A DNA stretch of 64,000 bases, from NCBI GenBank assembly GCA_965220655.1, contig CBDCQO010000011.1, positions 39,134-103,133 of the forward strand, read 5' to 3'. The DNA comes from Dehalococcoidia bacterium (GTDB lineage Bacteria; Chloroflexota; Dehalococcoidia; Lucifugimonadales; Australimonadaceae). The position numbers and the translations under genes were made by a program. Positions 20,518 to 31,045 of this stretch are shown here, one piece after another. The notes beneath the pieces were generated by a model. It was not told the DNA's origin, searched no databases, and was given only the letters and a program-made list of their open reading frames with translations. The first letter of the stretch is position 1. Each line of letters opens with the position of its first letter.

Positions 20518-21853
20518 CGCCACGGACGGGTACATCCTCGGCAACCTCCTCCTCTTCGGACGGCTGCTCCGGCGGCTCGGCCTCGACGTGCACGTGGGGC
20601 GGATGCTGGACGCCATCCGCGTGCTGGAGGACATCGGCCTCGAACGACGGGGCGACGTACGCGCCGCGCTGCGGACATTGCTCGTGCATCGCAAGGACGA
20701 CCTCCCGCTGTTCGACGAGGCGTTCGACGTCTTCTGGCGCCAGCGCAAGGACAGCACGTCCACGATGGACCTGCGCTCGATGGGCGAGCAGCGCCGCTTC
20801 CGCAAGCCGTCCGCCGGGCCGCCAACGCCCGGGAGGGAACCGGACGACTCAGCTGAGCCAGCAGACCCCGACGAGGGCTTCGACCGCGTCGACCTCACCC
20901 GCACGTTCAGCGCGCGCGAGGTGCTGCGGACGCGCGATTTCGCGGAGTTCACACCGGAGGAGATGCTGGAGGCAAGGCAGCTCATGGCCTCGCTCCGGTG
21001 GAACCCCGGTCTCCGGCGCACGCGGCGCAAGGAGGCGGGGCGAGGGCCGGGGCTGGACGTCCGCAGGACGCTGCGACACAACGTCCGGTACGGCGGCGAA
21101 CTCGTGCGCCTGGAGACGCGCCGCCGCAAGGAGAAGCCGCGCAGGCTGGTGGTGGTCTGCGACGTGAGCGGCTCCATGGAGCGGTACACGCGGATGCTGC
21201 TGCACTTCATCCACAGCCTCTACGCCGGGCTGGACAACCGCATCGAGGCGTTCCTGTTCGCCACGCGGCTCACCCGCATCACGAAGCACCTGGGGCAGCG
21301 CGACATCGACCGCGCCGTCTCGGAGGTCGCGAAGGCAGTGCCGGACTGGTCCGGCGGGACGCGCATCGGCGACGTGCTCAAGGAGTTCAACTTCCGCTGG
21401 GCGCGGCGCACGCTCGGCTGGGGCTCCATCGTGCTCATCGTGTCGGACGGCTGGGACCGCGGCGAACCGGAGCTGCTGGGCCGCGAGATGGCGCGGCTGC
21501 AGCGCAGTTGCAACCGGCTCATCTGGCTGAACCCGCTGGCGGGGAACGAGGACTACGAGCCGCTGACGGTGGGGATGCAGGCCGCCGCGCCGTACATCGA
21601 CGACCTCCTGCCGGTGAACAACCTCGCGGCGCTGTTCGACCTCGCGGAGCACCTGAACAGCCTCTCGCAGGGCCGTCCGGTGCGCCACCAGCAGGCATCG
21701 CCTCTCTCCCGTCATTCCCGCGAAAGCGGGAATCCAGAAGGACAGGAGGTCGCAGCTGCCCCGGCGCCTCCGCAGCGCTCATGGCACGCGAATGCGAACC
21801 CCACGTTCCGCCACCCCATGTGGGGTCGCGGCGAGCCGGGGAATGGGGCGTAG
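20510..21853 (+). CDS. coxE: VWA domain protein CoxE
   Basis: CDVSGSMERY, WSGGTRIG, SDGWDRG, IWLNPL. Confidence 0.9.
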   Translation: MADATDGYILGNLLLFGRLLRRLGLDVHVGRMLDAIRVLEDIGLERRGDVRAALRTLLVHRKDDLPLFDEAFDVFWRQRKDSTSTMDLRSMGEQRRFRKPSAGPPTPGREPDDSAEPADPDEGFDRVDLTRTFSAREVLRTRDFAEFTPEEMLEARQLMASLRWNPGLRRTRRKEAGRGPGLDVRRTLRHNVRYGGELVRLETRRRKEKPRRLVVVCDVSGSMERYTRMLLHFIHSLYAGLDNRIEAFLFATRLTRITKHLGQRDIDRAVSEVAKAVPDWSGGTRIGDVLKEFNFRWARRTLGWGSIVLIVSDGWDRGEPELLGREMARLQRSCNRLIWLNPLAGNEDYEPLTVGMQAAAPYIDDLLPVNNLAALFDLAEHLNSLSQGRPVRHQQASPLSRHSRESGNPEGQEVAAAPAPPQRSWHANANPTFRHPMWGRGEPGNGA

Positions 21854-21919
21854 CCGGGTGGGACCTACCGTATCTTCCCGACCCTATGCAGCCGCTGACG
21901 GATTGAGGGCGCCCGCAGG

Positions 21920-23935
21920 ATGAGCGAACTGTTCGAAGGCCTCGCGTATCTCGGCAACTAGGTCTACTGGCTCGCGTTCGGCGTTGCGGTCCTGACGGCG
22001 GTCCTCATCAGGCTCCTGCCCGGCGTCTCAACGAGCCTCGTGGTGGCGCCCGCCCTGCCGTTCATCGTTGCGAACGTAGAAGACCCGCTCATCGGCATCG
22101 TCATGCTGACAACGCTGGCGAGCGCGGGTGTGGTGATGAGGTCCGTCACCCCCGTGCTGTTCGGCCTGACGGACTCTGCGAACTACGTAACGTTCGTGGA
22201 AGGGAACCAGTTGGCGCGCAGGGGACAGGCCGCCCACACGCTTGGTGCCGCCTTCGCAGTCTCAGCGATAGGGGGACTCGTGGGAGTGCTCGTGTTCGCT
22301 TCTGTGCTTCTCATCGGCGCTCCTCTCGTGGGTCGGCTCCTCAGCCCTTTCGGGTTCGTTGCGATAGGGCTGTTCGCTCTGGTGATAGTAGCGCTCCTCA
22401 ATTCGGGATCGATGCTGAAGGGGCTGGCGGCTGCGGCGTTGGGTCTGCTGCTCGGCACGAGCGGTCTCGACCCATTCGAGGGGCCGCTGCGCTCCGCTTT
22501 CGACGGATCGGACCGGTGGCGCAGCTTCGTCGTGACCGCGGCAGCTATAGGCGCTCTCGGCCTGGCGGAAGTGATCGACCTGACGGTGACCCGGCAGCCG
22601 CTCTCGCTCCGGGAGACGCCGGACAGCAGGAGTGAGGTTCTTCGAGGCGTCTGCTACGGGCTCCGCAGGTGGCGCATCGCCGTGCGGCAGGGCCTCTTCG
22701 GCGCCCTTGTCGGTGCCATGCCGGGCACGGGCACGGGACTGGTGCACTGGCTCTCCTATGCGCTGGGCATATTCCTCACGAAGGACAAGAGAGAGTTCGG
22801 CCGGGGATCTCTGGACGGGCTGCTCCTGGCGGAATCAGCGGTGGGCGCGGGCGTGGCGGGAGGAGGGGCTCCAACCGTCCTGTTCGGGATACCCGGCAGC
22901 AGCGCATGGGCGTTCGTCCTCGCTGCCTTGCTCACCTTCGGCATCGCTCCGGGCCCTCAGATGCTGGAGGCGCATGGTGACGTCGTCGTGATGATGGTGT
23001 TCAGCCTTGCACTGGCGATGCCGGCGGTTGCCGTCATCGGAGTGCTGGCCACGGGTCGGCTGGTGAAACTCGCCCGTGTTCCCTATCCGGTCATCGGCGG
23101 AATCATCATACCGGTCTTCTTTCTCGGGTTCACCTCGACAGAGAGCCTCGTTGGGATGTACGTCATGGCTGCCGCGGCAGTGTTGGGGCTGGTGATGAAG
23201 TGGTGCAAGTGGCCGCGCCCACCCCTCGTGTTGGGACTCTTGATCGGCTTTACGCTGAGCTGGGTCACCGATGCACTCGCAGAGCGGGAGACCGTGGAGA
23301 TGACGGTCTGGTCCATGCCCTGGCCAGCACTGGCCGCCCTGTCTGTCGCGGCGGTGGTGGCCGCTGTGGTCTTCAAGAGAGGCAGGCTCGGCATTCCAAT
23401 CGCTCGTCCGGACGCGGCAGGAGTGGACGCCGGAAGCGCTGGCGAACCTGCTGTCTCCAGCGACAGCGAACCAGACGACGCGGGCGCGCGGCCACGTATC
23501 GCGGTGACGCTTCCCAGTCTCTTCACGATGGCCGTCATCGCGGCGGGTGTCTGGGGGTTGTACGAGACCGCCGCGTTCCCGTCGTCAGGCTGGGTATTCC
23601 CACTGTTGGTCAGTTTCGCCGTAGTGGGCTTCGGCGGCGCTCAACTGGCCTTCGATCTCCGGCAGGGCAAGGCAGGCGCAATCATGGACATCGGGATACG
23701 GAGCCTGGGGATGCCGGATGCGCGGAGGACAGCGCTGCTCATGGCCGCCATGATGGCCGTCTTCATGGCGCTCCTCCACGTCATCGGTCTGAGGTACGCC
23801 ACCATACTCTTCCCGCTCGGCCCCGCCTTGCTCTTCCTGGAAGGACGCACGCGCTGGATAGGCGCGGGGGTCGGTGTGGCGCTTCTGGCGACATTCAACG
23901 TCGCCCTGGTTCTCATCGAACAGCACACCGCATGA
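21920..23935 (+). pseudogene. Tripartite tricarboxylate transporter TctA(-TctB-like fusion) with in-frame TAG at codon 14
   Basis: ATG at 21920 gives MSELFEGLAYLGN*VYWLAF..., in frame with the 22040 ORF; TctA motifs LLPG, FGIPG, GIAPGP, PPLVLG. Confidence 0.7.
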
Positions 23936-23979
23936 CGAGATTTCCCGCCTGAAGGCGGCGCTCGCCACGAACGGTCCCG

Positions 23980-25077
23980 TCACGCCGAGGGATAGAACCC
24001 CTTGTCGTACCAGTAGGTGAGGTCGCTGCCGAACCACTCGGTGGGGATCTCCTGCCCGACGCCGGCCTCGACCGCCTTGCGGTAGATGAGCGCCCCCGCA
24101 GCAGCCATCTGTATGCCCATGCCAGTGCTGTTCTTGTAGTAGACGATGTCGCCGGGCTGCGCCTCCAGCGCCGTCGTTCCGGCCGCCACCTCGCCCAGCG
24201 TGCATATCCTGTCCCACGAGACCAGCCCCTGCTCGATGGGGTCGAGCAGCTCGATCTGGTTGTTCGAGTAGACGCTGTCGCGGTCGTTGATGCAGATGAA
24301 GGCACTGCGGGCGAACGTCGTGTCGTCCACCTCGGACTTCTTGAAGTTGGCGTCGCTGTTCTGCAGCGAGATGACGAACTGCCCCGGCTCCAGCCAATCG
24401 CCGTCGAATACCGGCTTGCCACTCACGTAGCCCGCGTTCGTGGCGCAGCAGACGATCTCGGTGCCCTCCATCGCCTCGCGCGGGTTGTCGACGGGCGTAA
24501 CCTCGATCTCCAACTGCTGCGACATCTCGCTGGCGAACTCCTCGCGGTGCTCTTTCGTGGGGCTGTAGACCTTCACGCTGCGCACCGGGCGCACCTGCAC
24601 GAGCGCCTCCAGGTCCGTCCGCGCCAGCTTGCCGCTGCCGAACATGCCGACCGTCTGCGCGTTCGGCGGCGCGAGGTACTTCGCGGCGACGCCCGACGTC
24701 GCGCCGACCCGTATCCCCGACAGGTAGAACTCGTGGATGAACGCGAGCGGCCGCCCCGTCTGCATGTCGATGAGGACGATGAAGCCCCAGTTGCGGTTCT
24801 CGAACTTGGGCGAGCGCTCGCCCTGCGCGTTCGGCTTCGTGCTGCGCGCGCTCCCGCCGATGCGTATCGCGGCCGTGTCGTACGACGGCGTCGTGCCGAT
24901 GTGGATGTTCGACCCGTACACCTTGCCGGGGTCCGTCGTGGGGCTGATGTAGCGGATGCGGGGGATGTTCACCGCCCCGCTGAGAGCGTGGTCGCGGTAG
25001 GCCGTCTCCATCGCCTCGATGCAGTCGGCCATCGGGTGCACGCGTGCAACATCTTCGTCGGTCAGCACCAGCGTCAT
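23980..25077 (-). CDS. Ornithine cyclodeaminase/mu-crystallin family protein
   Basis: RVGATSGVAAKYLA, GMFGSGKLA, VYSPT, YKNSTGMG. Confidence 0.88.
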   Translation of the reverse strand: MTLVLTDEDVARVHPMADCIEAMETAYRDHALSGAVNIPRIRYISPTTDPGKVYGSNIHIGTTPSYDTAAIRIGGSARSTKPNAQGERSPKFENRNWGFIVLIDMQTGRPLAFIHEFYLSGIRVGATSGVAAKYLAPPNAQTVGMFGSGKLARTDLEALVQVRPVRSVKVYSPTKEHREEFASEMSQQLEIEVTPVDNPREAMEGTEIVCCATNAGYVSGKPVFDGDWLEPGQFVISLQNSDANFKKSEVDDTTFARSAFICINDRDSVYSNNQIELLDPIEQGLVSWDRICTLGEVAAGTTALEAQPGDIVYYKNSTGMGIQMAAAGALIYRKAVEAGVGQEIPTEWFGSDLTYWYDKGFYPSA

Positions 25078-25092
25078 GCGTCCCTCCTGTGG

Positions 25093-25464
25093 TCAGACGT
25101 GCTGGTCCACCAGCACCGGGTTGCCGTCCGGGTCGATCGCCACGAAGCTGGCAGGCCCCGTGCCGTTCTCGTCAGCTTCGCTCGCCAGCTGCACGCCTCT
25201 CGCCTTCAGTTGCCGCTGCAACTCGCGCACGTCCGTGAAAGCGTCCAGCGGACGCGCCTGGCTGTCCCAGCCCGGATTGAACGTGAGGATGTTCTTGTCG
25301 AACATGCCCTGGAAGAGACCGATGGTGACCTCGCCGTTCCTGAGGATCTGCCAGCCCTCGGCGGGGTCGCCTCCGACGACCTCGAACCCGAACTGCTCGT
25401 AGAAGTGCCTCGAGGCCGCGATATCCGCGACGGCCAGGCTGATGGAGAACGCGCCCAGTTCCAT
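25093..25464 (-). CDS. VOC (glyoxalase-like) family protein
   Basis: [38 protein letters not shown]. Confidence 0.88.
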   Translation of the reverse strand: MELGAFSISLAVADIAASRHFYEQFGFEVVGGDPAEGWQILRNGEVTIGLFQGMFDKNILTFNPGWDSQARPLDAFTDVRELQRQLKARGVQLASEADENGTGPASFVAIDPDGNPVLVDQHV

Positions 25465-25493
25465 GTATCGCTTCTCTCCTGCTGTCAACGGCC

Positions 25494-26591
25494 TCAGTTA
25501 CGGCCCTGGTTGCCGTGCGGCAGGATGACCGTCTTGACCTCGCGGAAGTCGGCCATGGCATGCAGCGCGTCCGAGGTCTCGTCGAGCGAGTAAGGGCGCG
25601 ACAGCATCCGCGCGAACGGCACCGAACCGCCACGCGTGCGCAGGAACTCCAGGGCCTGGTGGTAGTGCCGGCCCTCGCCGGAGCGCACGCTCACGATCGT
25701 CACCTGCTGGCCGAAGCCGTTGATGGACACCGGCCCGCCTCCGCCTCCGATGGAGAGGTAACGCCCGCCCGGTCGCAGGAAGCCCAGCCCCTCCGGGATG
25801 ACCGCGAAAGAGACGCACTGGATGGCGACGTCCGCGCCGCGTCCGCCGGTGCGCTCCATCACCCACTCGTACCGGTCCTTCGCGTCGGGCATGTCGCCAA
25901 TGTCCAGCGTCTCGTCCGCGCCCCACGCCTCGGCGACGTCAAGCCGCACGCGCGGCGCGCCGATCACGAGCACACGGCCCGCGCCACGGTCGCGCGCGAC
26001 CGCCGACGCGTACAGCCCGACGGGCCCCGAACCCTGCACGACGACCGTGTCGTGGGGGTAGATCGGCCCGAGCCGCTCGAAGCCGTGCATCACGGTGCGC
26101 AGCGCACACGCTGCCGAGGCCGCCTGCGGGGACGTCACCTCGTCGGGGATGGGGATGATGGCGGTGCCGGGCGGGATGTAGTGGTACTCGGCGCAGCCGC
26201 CCAGCAGGTACGGCGCCTGGTCGGCGCGCCCGCGCCCGAACCGGATGCTGTCGTCGCAGAGCGACGGCTGGTTCGCCACGGAGCAGTAGAAGCAATGCCC
26301 GCAGAAGCGGTAGGCGGAGACGATGCGGTCTCCCTCCTTGAGCGCATTGCCGTGCACGTCGAACCGCTCGCCGTTGATCGCCACGATGCGCCCCGCAGTC
26401 TCGTGGCCGGGGATGTACGGCAGCATCTTCGGGTTCGCTGCGTCGTGCCAGATGTGCACGTCCGTTCCGCACAGCGTTGCGGCCTCCACCTCCACCAGCA
26501 TCCCCGTCGGCTCCAGGTCCGGCATCTGGACGTCGCGCAACTCGGTCGGGTCGTTGAATCCCGTGATTACGGCAGCCTTGCAGGTCTCCAT
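25494..26591 (-). CDS. Zinc-dependent alcohol dehydrogenase family protein
   Basis: CGTD, PGHE, CGHCFYC..C structural Zn site, GSGPVG. Confidence 0.92.
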   Translation of the reverse strand: METCKAAVITGFNDPTELRDVQMPDLEPTGMLVEVEAATLCGTDVHIWHDAANPKMLPYIPGHETAGRIVAINGERFDVHGNALKEGDRIVSAYRFCGHCFYCSVANQPSLCDDSIRFGRGRADQAPYLLGGCAEYHYIPPGTAIIPIPDEVTSPQAASAACALRTVMHGFERLGPIYPHDTVVVQGSGPVGLYASAVARDRGAGRVLVIGAPRVRLDVAEAWGADETLDIGDMPDAKDRYEWVMERTGGRGADVAIQCVSFAVIPEGLGFLRPGGRYLSIGGGGGPVSINGFGQQVTIVSVRSGEGRHYHQALEFLRTRGGSVPFARMLSRPYSLDETSDALHAMADFREVKTVILPHGNQGRN

Positions 26592-26892
26592 GGCATCTCC
26601 TCCGCTTTGATGACTTCGGTCCCCTCGGCGGTACTTTACCCCAGCGAGACCGGGTTGCGTACGGTGCCTAGGCAGTCTTGAGGATATGGACGTTGAGAAC
26701 GTAAATGAACATGATCAGCGAAGGGGGAATCAACACGGCGGCAGCCGAGAAGATACAGACTCCGCGCACGTTGCCTGTCTTCACCTCTACACGTGCTCTC
26801 CGTGTCGCCTTCTCGCCGTTTGCTCCCATTTCCTCGCCAGGCACGCCAACCTTTCTTTTGCCATCCGGGTGAGAATCGCGTAAGCGGTCTGT

Positions 26893-28110
26893 CTAACCGG
26901 CAGTGAACTTCGCCGCTTCCTCCGAGCCGCTCGTAGCGTCGCCTTTGCTGTACGAGTGCGCCCCTGTTCCGGCGAGCGCGCCTCCCTGCACGATGAGGTA
27001 CTCGTCCCTGATCGGCCGTCCCTCGAACCAGCACTCCAGGATCTCGCGGACGCCCGCCGCATAGCGGGCCTGCGCCGAAAGGGAGGTGCCCGAGGTGTGC
27101 GGCGTCATCGCGTGGTTGGGCATCGTCCGCCAGGGATGGCCGTTGGGAGGCGGCTGCGGGAACCAGACGTCGCCCGCGTACCCCGCCAGCTGGCCACTCT
27201 CCAGCGCCCTCACGATGGCGTCGCGGTCGCAGATCTTGCCGCGGGCCGTGTTCACGATGTACGACCCACGCTTCATCCTGCCGATGAGCGCGTCGTTGAA
27301 CATGTGCTCGGTCTCCGGGTGCAGAGGACAGTGGATGCTGACCACGTCGCAGACGCTGACCAGCGACTCGACGGTCTCGTGGAACGTCAGGCCGAGCTCC
27401 TGCTCCACGTCGGCAGAGAGCCGATGCCTGTCCGTGTAGTGAAGGTTCACGTCGAACGGCTTCATCCGCTTCAGCACGCCGAGCCCTATCCTCCCGGCTG
27501 CCACGACGCCCACGTCCATCCCCTCGATGTCGTACGAGCGGGAGACCGCGTCGGCGATGTTCCAGCCGCCCCTGACCACCCAGCCGTACTGCGGGATGTA
27601 GTCCCTGACGAGCGCCAGCATCTGCATCACGGCGTGCTCCGCGACGCTGACGCTGTTGCACCACGTCACCTCGCACACCGTGATGCCCCTGTCGATGGCG
27701 GACTGCAGGTCGACGTGGTCGGACCCGATGCCCGCGGTGATCGCCAGCTTGAGCCGGGGAGCCTTCTCGATGCGCTCGGCGGTCAGGTATCCCGGCCAGA
27801 AGGGCTGGGAGATGACGATGTCCGCGTCCGGCAACTCCCGCTCGAAAACGGAGTCGGGGCCGTCCTTGTCCGAGGTGACGACGAACCGGTGCCCCCGCTC
27901 GGTCAGGAACCGCTCCAGCCCTAGCCCGCCCGATACGGACCCCAGGAGATGACCGGGGGTGAAGTCGAGGGCGGTCGGCGAGGGCAGCGTCTGGCCGTCC
28001 GGGTACTGCGCGAGCGTGGGTATCTCTTTGCGAGCGTAGGGGGGAGGGAAGCCGGTCACCGGGTCGTCGTAGAGAACGCAGAGTACTTTCTGGGCGAATG
28101 AGGTGCTCAT
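26893..28110 (-). CDS. fdh: NAD-dependent formate dehydrogenase (metal-independent)
   Basis: VLYDDP, SQPFWP, TAGIGSDHVD, SVAEH, AAGRIG, YAGDVWFPQP, TPHTSG. Confidence 0.95.
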   Translation of the reverse strand: MSTSFAQKVLCVLYDDPVTGFPPPYARKEIPTLAQYPDGQTLPSPTALDFTPGHLLGSVSGGLGLERFLTERGHRFVVTSDKDGPDSVFERELPDADIVISQPFWPGYLTAERIEKAPRLKLAITAGIGSDHVDLQSAIDRGITVCEVTWCNSVSVAEHAVMQMLALVRDYIPQYGWVVRGGWNIADAVSRSYDIEGMDVGVVAAGRIGLGVLKRMKPFDVNLHYTDRHRLSADVEQELGLTFHETVESLVSVCDVVSIHCPLHPETEHMFNDALIGRMKRGSYIVNTARGKICDRDAIVRALESGQLAGYAGDVWFPQPPPNGHPWRTMPNHAMTPHTSGTSLSAQARYAAGVREILECWFEGRPIRDEYLIVQGGALAGTGAHSYSKGDATSGSEEAAKFTAG

Positions 28111-28194
28111 CGCGAAGCCTCCTGAGGTCTCGTTACCTACAGTGTATTAGGGGTTACGCGTGCGGGGAATCGAAGGCAGCAGGAAGAGGAACGC

Positions 28195-29946
28195 CTATCG
28201 CGCCCCCGGAGGGCCGACGCGCACTGTGATGATGTCGGAGCCGTGGAACTGCTGGTGCCGCACCGACGAGGCGTAGCGCCGCAGCAGCCGCAGCGATATC
28301 TCGTTCTCCGACACGGTCTCCTCGTCGTGCTGCTGCAGCTGGCGGATGCGGTCCTCCAGGTTCTCCTCGTCCCCGCCGCCGATGAATTCGAGTTCCGCGA
28401 TCGCCCCCTCGCTGGACGCCAGCACGACCAGCCGCCGCGTCTCCTGTTCGTCGTCGTCAGCATCCAGATCGAAGGACAGATCGAGCGGGGCGAGCGTGAG
28501 CAGCGTTTCTTCCGCAACCGCGCTCAGTCGCTCTTTCATCGCCTGGTCCCATCCTCTGCTCTCGGCGAACTGTTCCGTAAACGCGAAGAGGTCCGGCAGC
28601 ACCTCGGCGTCGAGCTTCGACTCGAAGCGCATCCGCCGCTTCTTGGTGAACTCCAGGAACAGGATCATCACGATAGCGGCGACTCCTCCGGTGGTGATGG
28701 CGCTCTTCACCAGCGCCCCGAACACCGGACCGAGTTGCGGAAGCGTGAACAGGTCGAACTGGAACGACGCGCCTATCCAGAAGGAGATGCCCGCGACGAT
28801 GAGTTTCTGCGTGTTCTGCTCGGACTGGATTACCGTCCGCGCGCCGTCCACGAACAGCGTGCCGGTGACGAGGATGAGGTAGCCGGCCATCACCGGCCCG
28901 GGCAGACTGCTCAAAAGCCCGGACAGCTTGGGAAGGAACGCCACGAGGATGAAGATAGCGCCGATGGAGTAGCCCATCCTGCGCGAAGCGACGCCGGTGA
29001 CCTGGATGAAGGAAACGATGGCCGGGTTCACCGCGTTGGGCACTGCCCCGGTCACGCCTGCCAGCGCATTGCTTACGCCTGCGCCCGTCAACGCCCCCTG
29101 CACGTGCCGGAAATCGACGGCCTTCACTTCACGCTGGGAGACGCGCTGGTGCGTTATCGCCTGCCCGTTCACCTGGATCGCGATGATGACACCGAGAAAC
29201 AGGAACGCCGGCAGCAGCGTCCAGAAATCGACTCCGAGGTCCAGCGCCAGCCCAGGCGCCTCGGAGGGAAGCCCTACCCAGGCGGACTGCGTGATCCGGC
29301 TGGTGTCGTAGATGCCGAACGCTGCAGCAACGAGCACGCCTGCCACGATGCCGATCATCGGCGCCCACAGGCGCAACCGCACACTGCCCCGCATCGTGAG
29401 CGCAGTGACGACCGTCAGCGTCGCCAGTGCGGTCAGCGGCGCGGCCACCGGCTCCTCTATCGACGCGTCGTCGAGGAGCCCGAATACGACCGACGCCAGC
29501 GTGATGGAGAGGATCATCATCACCGTGCCGCTCACGACGGGCGTCACGAGCCTTCGCAGGATGAACAACCACCGGGCGACGACGAACTGGAATGCTGCCG
29601 AGGCGAGCACCAGCGTCGTCAGCGTTGCGGGGCCGCCGTCCACCACCGCCGTGATGCAGAAGGGGATGGCAAAGGCCGCCGTGAAGAACGGCATCACCGC
29701 TCCCGCGCCCAATGGGCCCAGGCGGCGCACCTGCACCAGCGTGGAGAGCCCGACCGCCAGCAGCGAGGCGAACACCATCCACGTCACGTACGGCTCGCCT
29801 CTGTCCGACGCATTCGCCACGATGACCGGCGTCACCAGCAACGTGGCGGAGGCGATCATGCTGAACTGCAGACCGTAACCGAACGAGGTCCGCCAGGGCG
29901 GGTTCTCGTGCGCCTCGTACCGGGGATTCTGCGTTGCCGTGGCCAG
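28195..29946 (-). CDS. NCS2 (xanthine/uracil permease) family transporter with C-terminal soluble domain; probable CTG start
   Basis: YEAHENPP..GLQ N-terminus, TPVVSGTV, TGVASR, FLPKL; GGGAGG lies 6 nt before an in-frame CTG at 29946. Confidence 0.8.
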   Translation of the reverse strand: MATATQNPRYEAHENPPWRTSFGYGLQFSMIASATLLVTPVIVANASDRGEPYVTWMVFASLLAVGLSTLVQVRRLGPLGAGAVMPFFTAAFAIPFCITAVVDGGPATLTTLVLASAAFQFVVARWLFILRRLVTPVVSGTVMMILSITLASVVFGLLDDASIEEPVAAPLTALATLTVVTALTMRGSVRLRLWAPMIGIVAGVLVAAAFGIYDTSRITQSAWVGLPSEAPGLALDLGVDFWTLLPAFLFLGVIIAIQVNGQAITHQRVSQREVKAVDFRHVQGALTGAGVSNALAGVTGAVPNAVNPAIVSFIQVTGVASRRMGYSIGAIFILVAFLPKLSGLLSSLPGPVMAGYLILVTGTLFVDGARTVIQSEQNTQKLIVAGISFWIGASFQFDLFTLPQLGPVFGALVKSAITTGGVAAIVMILFLEFTKKRRMRFESKLDAEVLPDLFAFTEQFAESRGWDQAMKERLSAVAEETLLTLAPLDLSFDLDADDDEQETRRLVVLASSEGAIAELEFIGGGDEENLEDRIRQLQQHDEETVSENEISLRLLRRYASSVRHQQFHGSDIITVRVGPPGAR

Positions 29947-30027
29947 TGCGCGCCTCCCTGCAGACAGGCGTCTCGTTGAGACTCACGCAACTTTACTACG
30001 CACGCGCCCCGTTGCCACAACCCCGCC

Positions 30028-30942
30028 TCATCCCCTGCGAGGCCGGGACGGGGTCTCCGACGGCCGGAGCTCGCCCGCCGCCCTGGTCAGCGCCGCGCCG
30101 TACAGGAAGATCATCCCCGCGACGTACCCCCACATCAGCAGCAGGACGAACGAGGCGATAGGCCCGTACACCGCGCTCCGCTGTCCGGCCAACGCGGTGA
30201 ACCAGAAGAACAGGTGCTTGCCCGCCTCGAACAGCACGATGGCTGTCAGCGCCCCGAATACGGCGTCCCGCCACTCCAGGCGCACGTTCGGCATGAGGTA
30301 GTACACCAGCGCGAAGAGCGCCATCGTCAGGAACGCCGGCAGCAGCGCCGAGACCGCGCCCAGCGCGAAGATAACGACCACGGATATCTCTCCCGCCGAC
30401 TCAGCTATACCCTCGCTGAACCGCACCGCCAGCTGCAGCGAAGCCGTGAGCCCCACCGACAGCAGGAACAGGAGCACGATGATCGTCGTCAAGCTCACCT
30501 GCAGAGCGGTGATGCGGAGCACCTTCTGCGTCTCGACGCCGAACACCCTGTTCACCGACCGGGTCGCAGCCATGAACAGCCCGTTGGCCCCCATGACGAT
30601 GCTGACGAACGCCACCAGCCCGATGGCCAGCGAACCACGGAGCAGGTTGTCTACGGCGTCCTGGATCAGTCCCTGCGACGTGGGGAAGTAGTACAGGAGC
30701 GTTGTCGTCAGCGTCTCCTCGATCACTTCCGGCTCGCCGAAGGCCGCTATCGCCATGATGGCCAACGCGACCGCAGGGAGGAGCGACAGGATGGTGAAAT
30801 ACGCGAGCGAGCCCGCGAGGTCGATACCTCCCGCCTGGAGCAGTATCCGCACCGCCCTTGCGATGGCCGCGCCGCGCCACGCCCCTCTCTTCCTGGGCAA
30901 CTCGCGCGATAGCCGCCGGATCCTTGCCTGTCTGCGCTTCAA
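30028..30942 (-). CDS. YihY/BrkB family membrane protein
   Basis: AGSLAYFTILSLLP, YYLMPN, VYGPIAS..LLMW.Y....FLYGA. Confidence 0.88.
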   Translation of the reverse strand: MKRRQARIRRLSRELPRKRGAWRGAAIARAVRILLQAGGIDLAGSLAYFTILSLLPAVALAIMAIAAFGEPEVIEETLTTTLLYYFPTSQGLIQDAVDNLLRGSLAIGLVAFVSIVMGANGLFMAATRSVNRVFGVETQKVLRITALQVSLTTIIVLLFLLSVGLTASLQLAVRFSEGIAESAGEISVVVIFALGAVSALLPAFLTMALFALVYYLMPNVRLEWRDAVFGALTAIVLFEAGKHLFFWFTALAGQRSAVYGPIASFVLLLMWGYVAGMIFLYGAALTRAAGELRPSETPSRPRRG

Positions 30943-31045
30943 CCGCGGGTCCTGTAACTGCCTGGCTGATGCTCGATTCTACGTCCCTGCATCTCCGAAG
31001 CGTGCCGCATTGCGTTGCCTGATATGTCCGACTATCTTCACCGGC

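Noticed and set aside
21959-21961. TAG as a pyrrolysine codon
   Set aside because: It lies at a non-catalytic position of a transporter, and no pyl genes or methylamine methyltransferase context are present; a nonsense mutation is simpler
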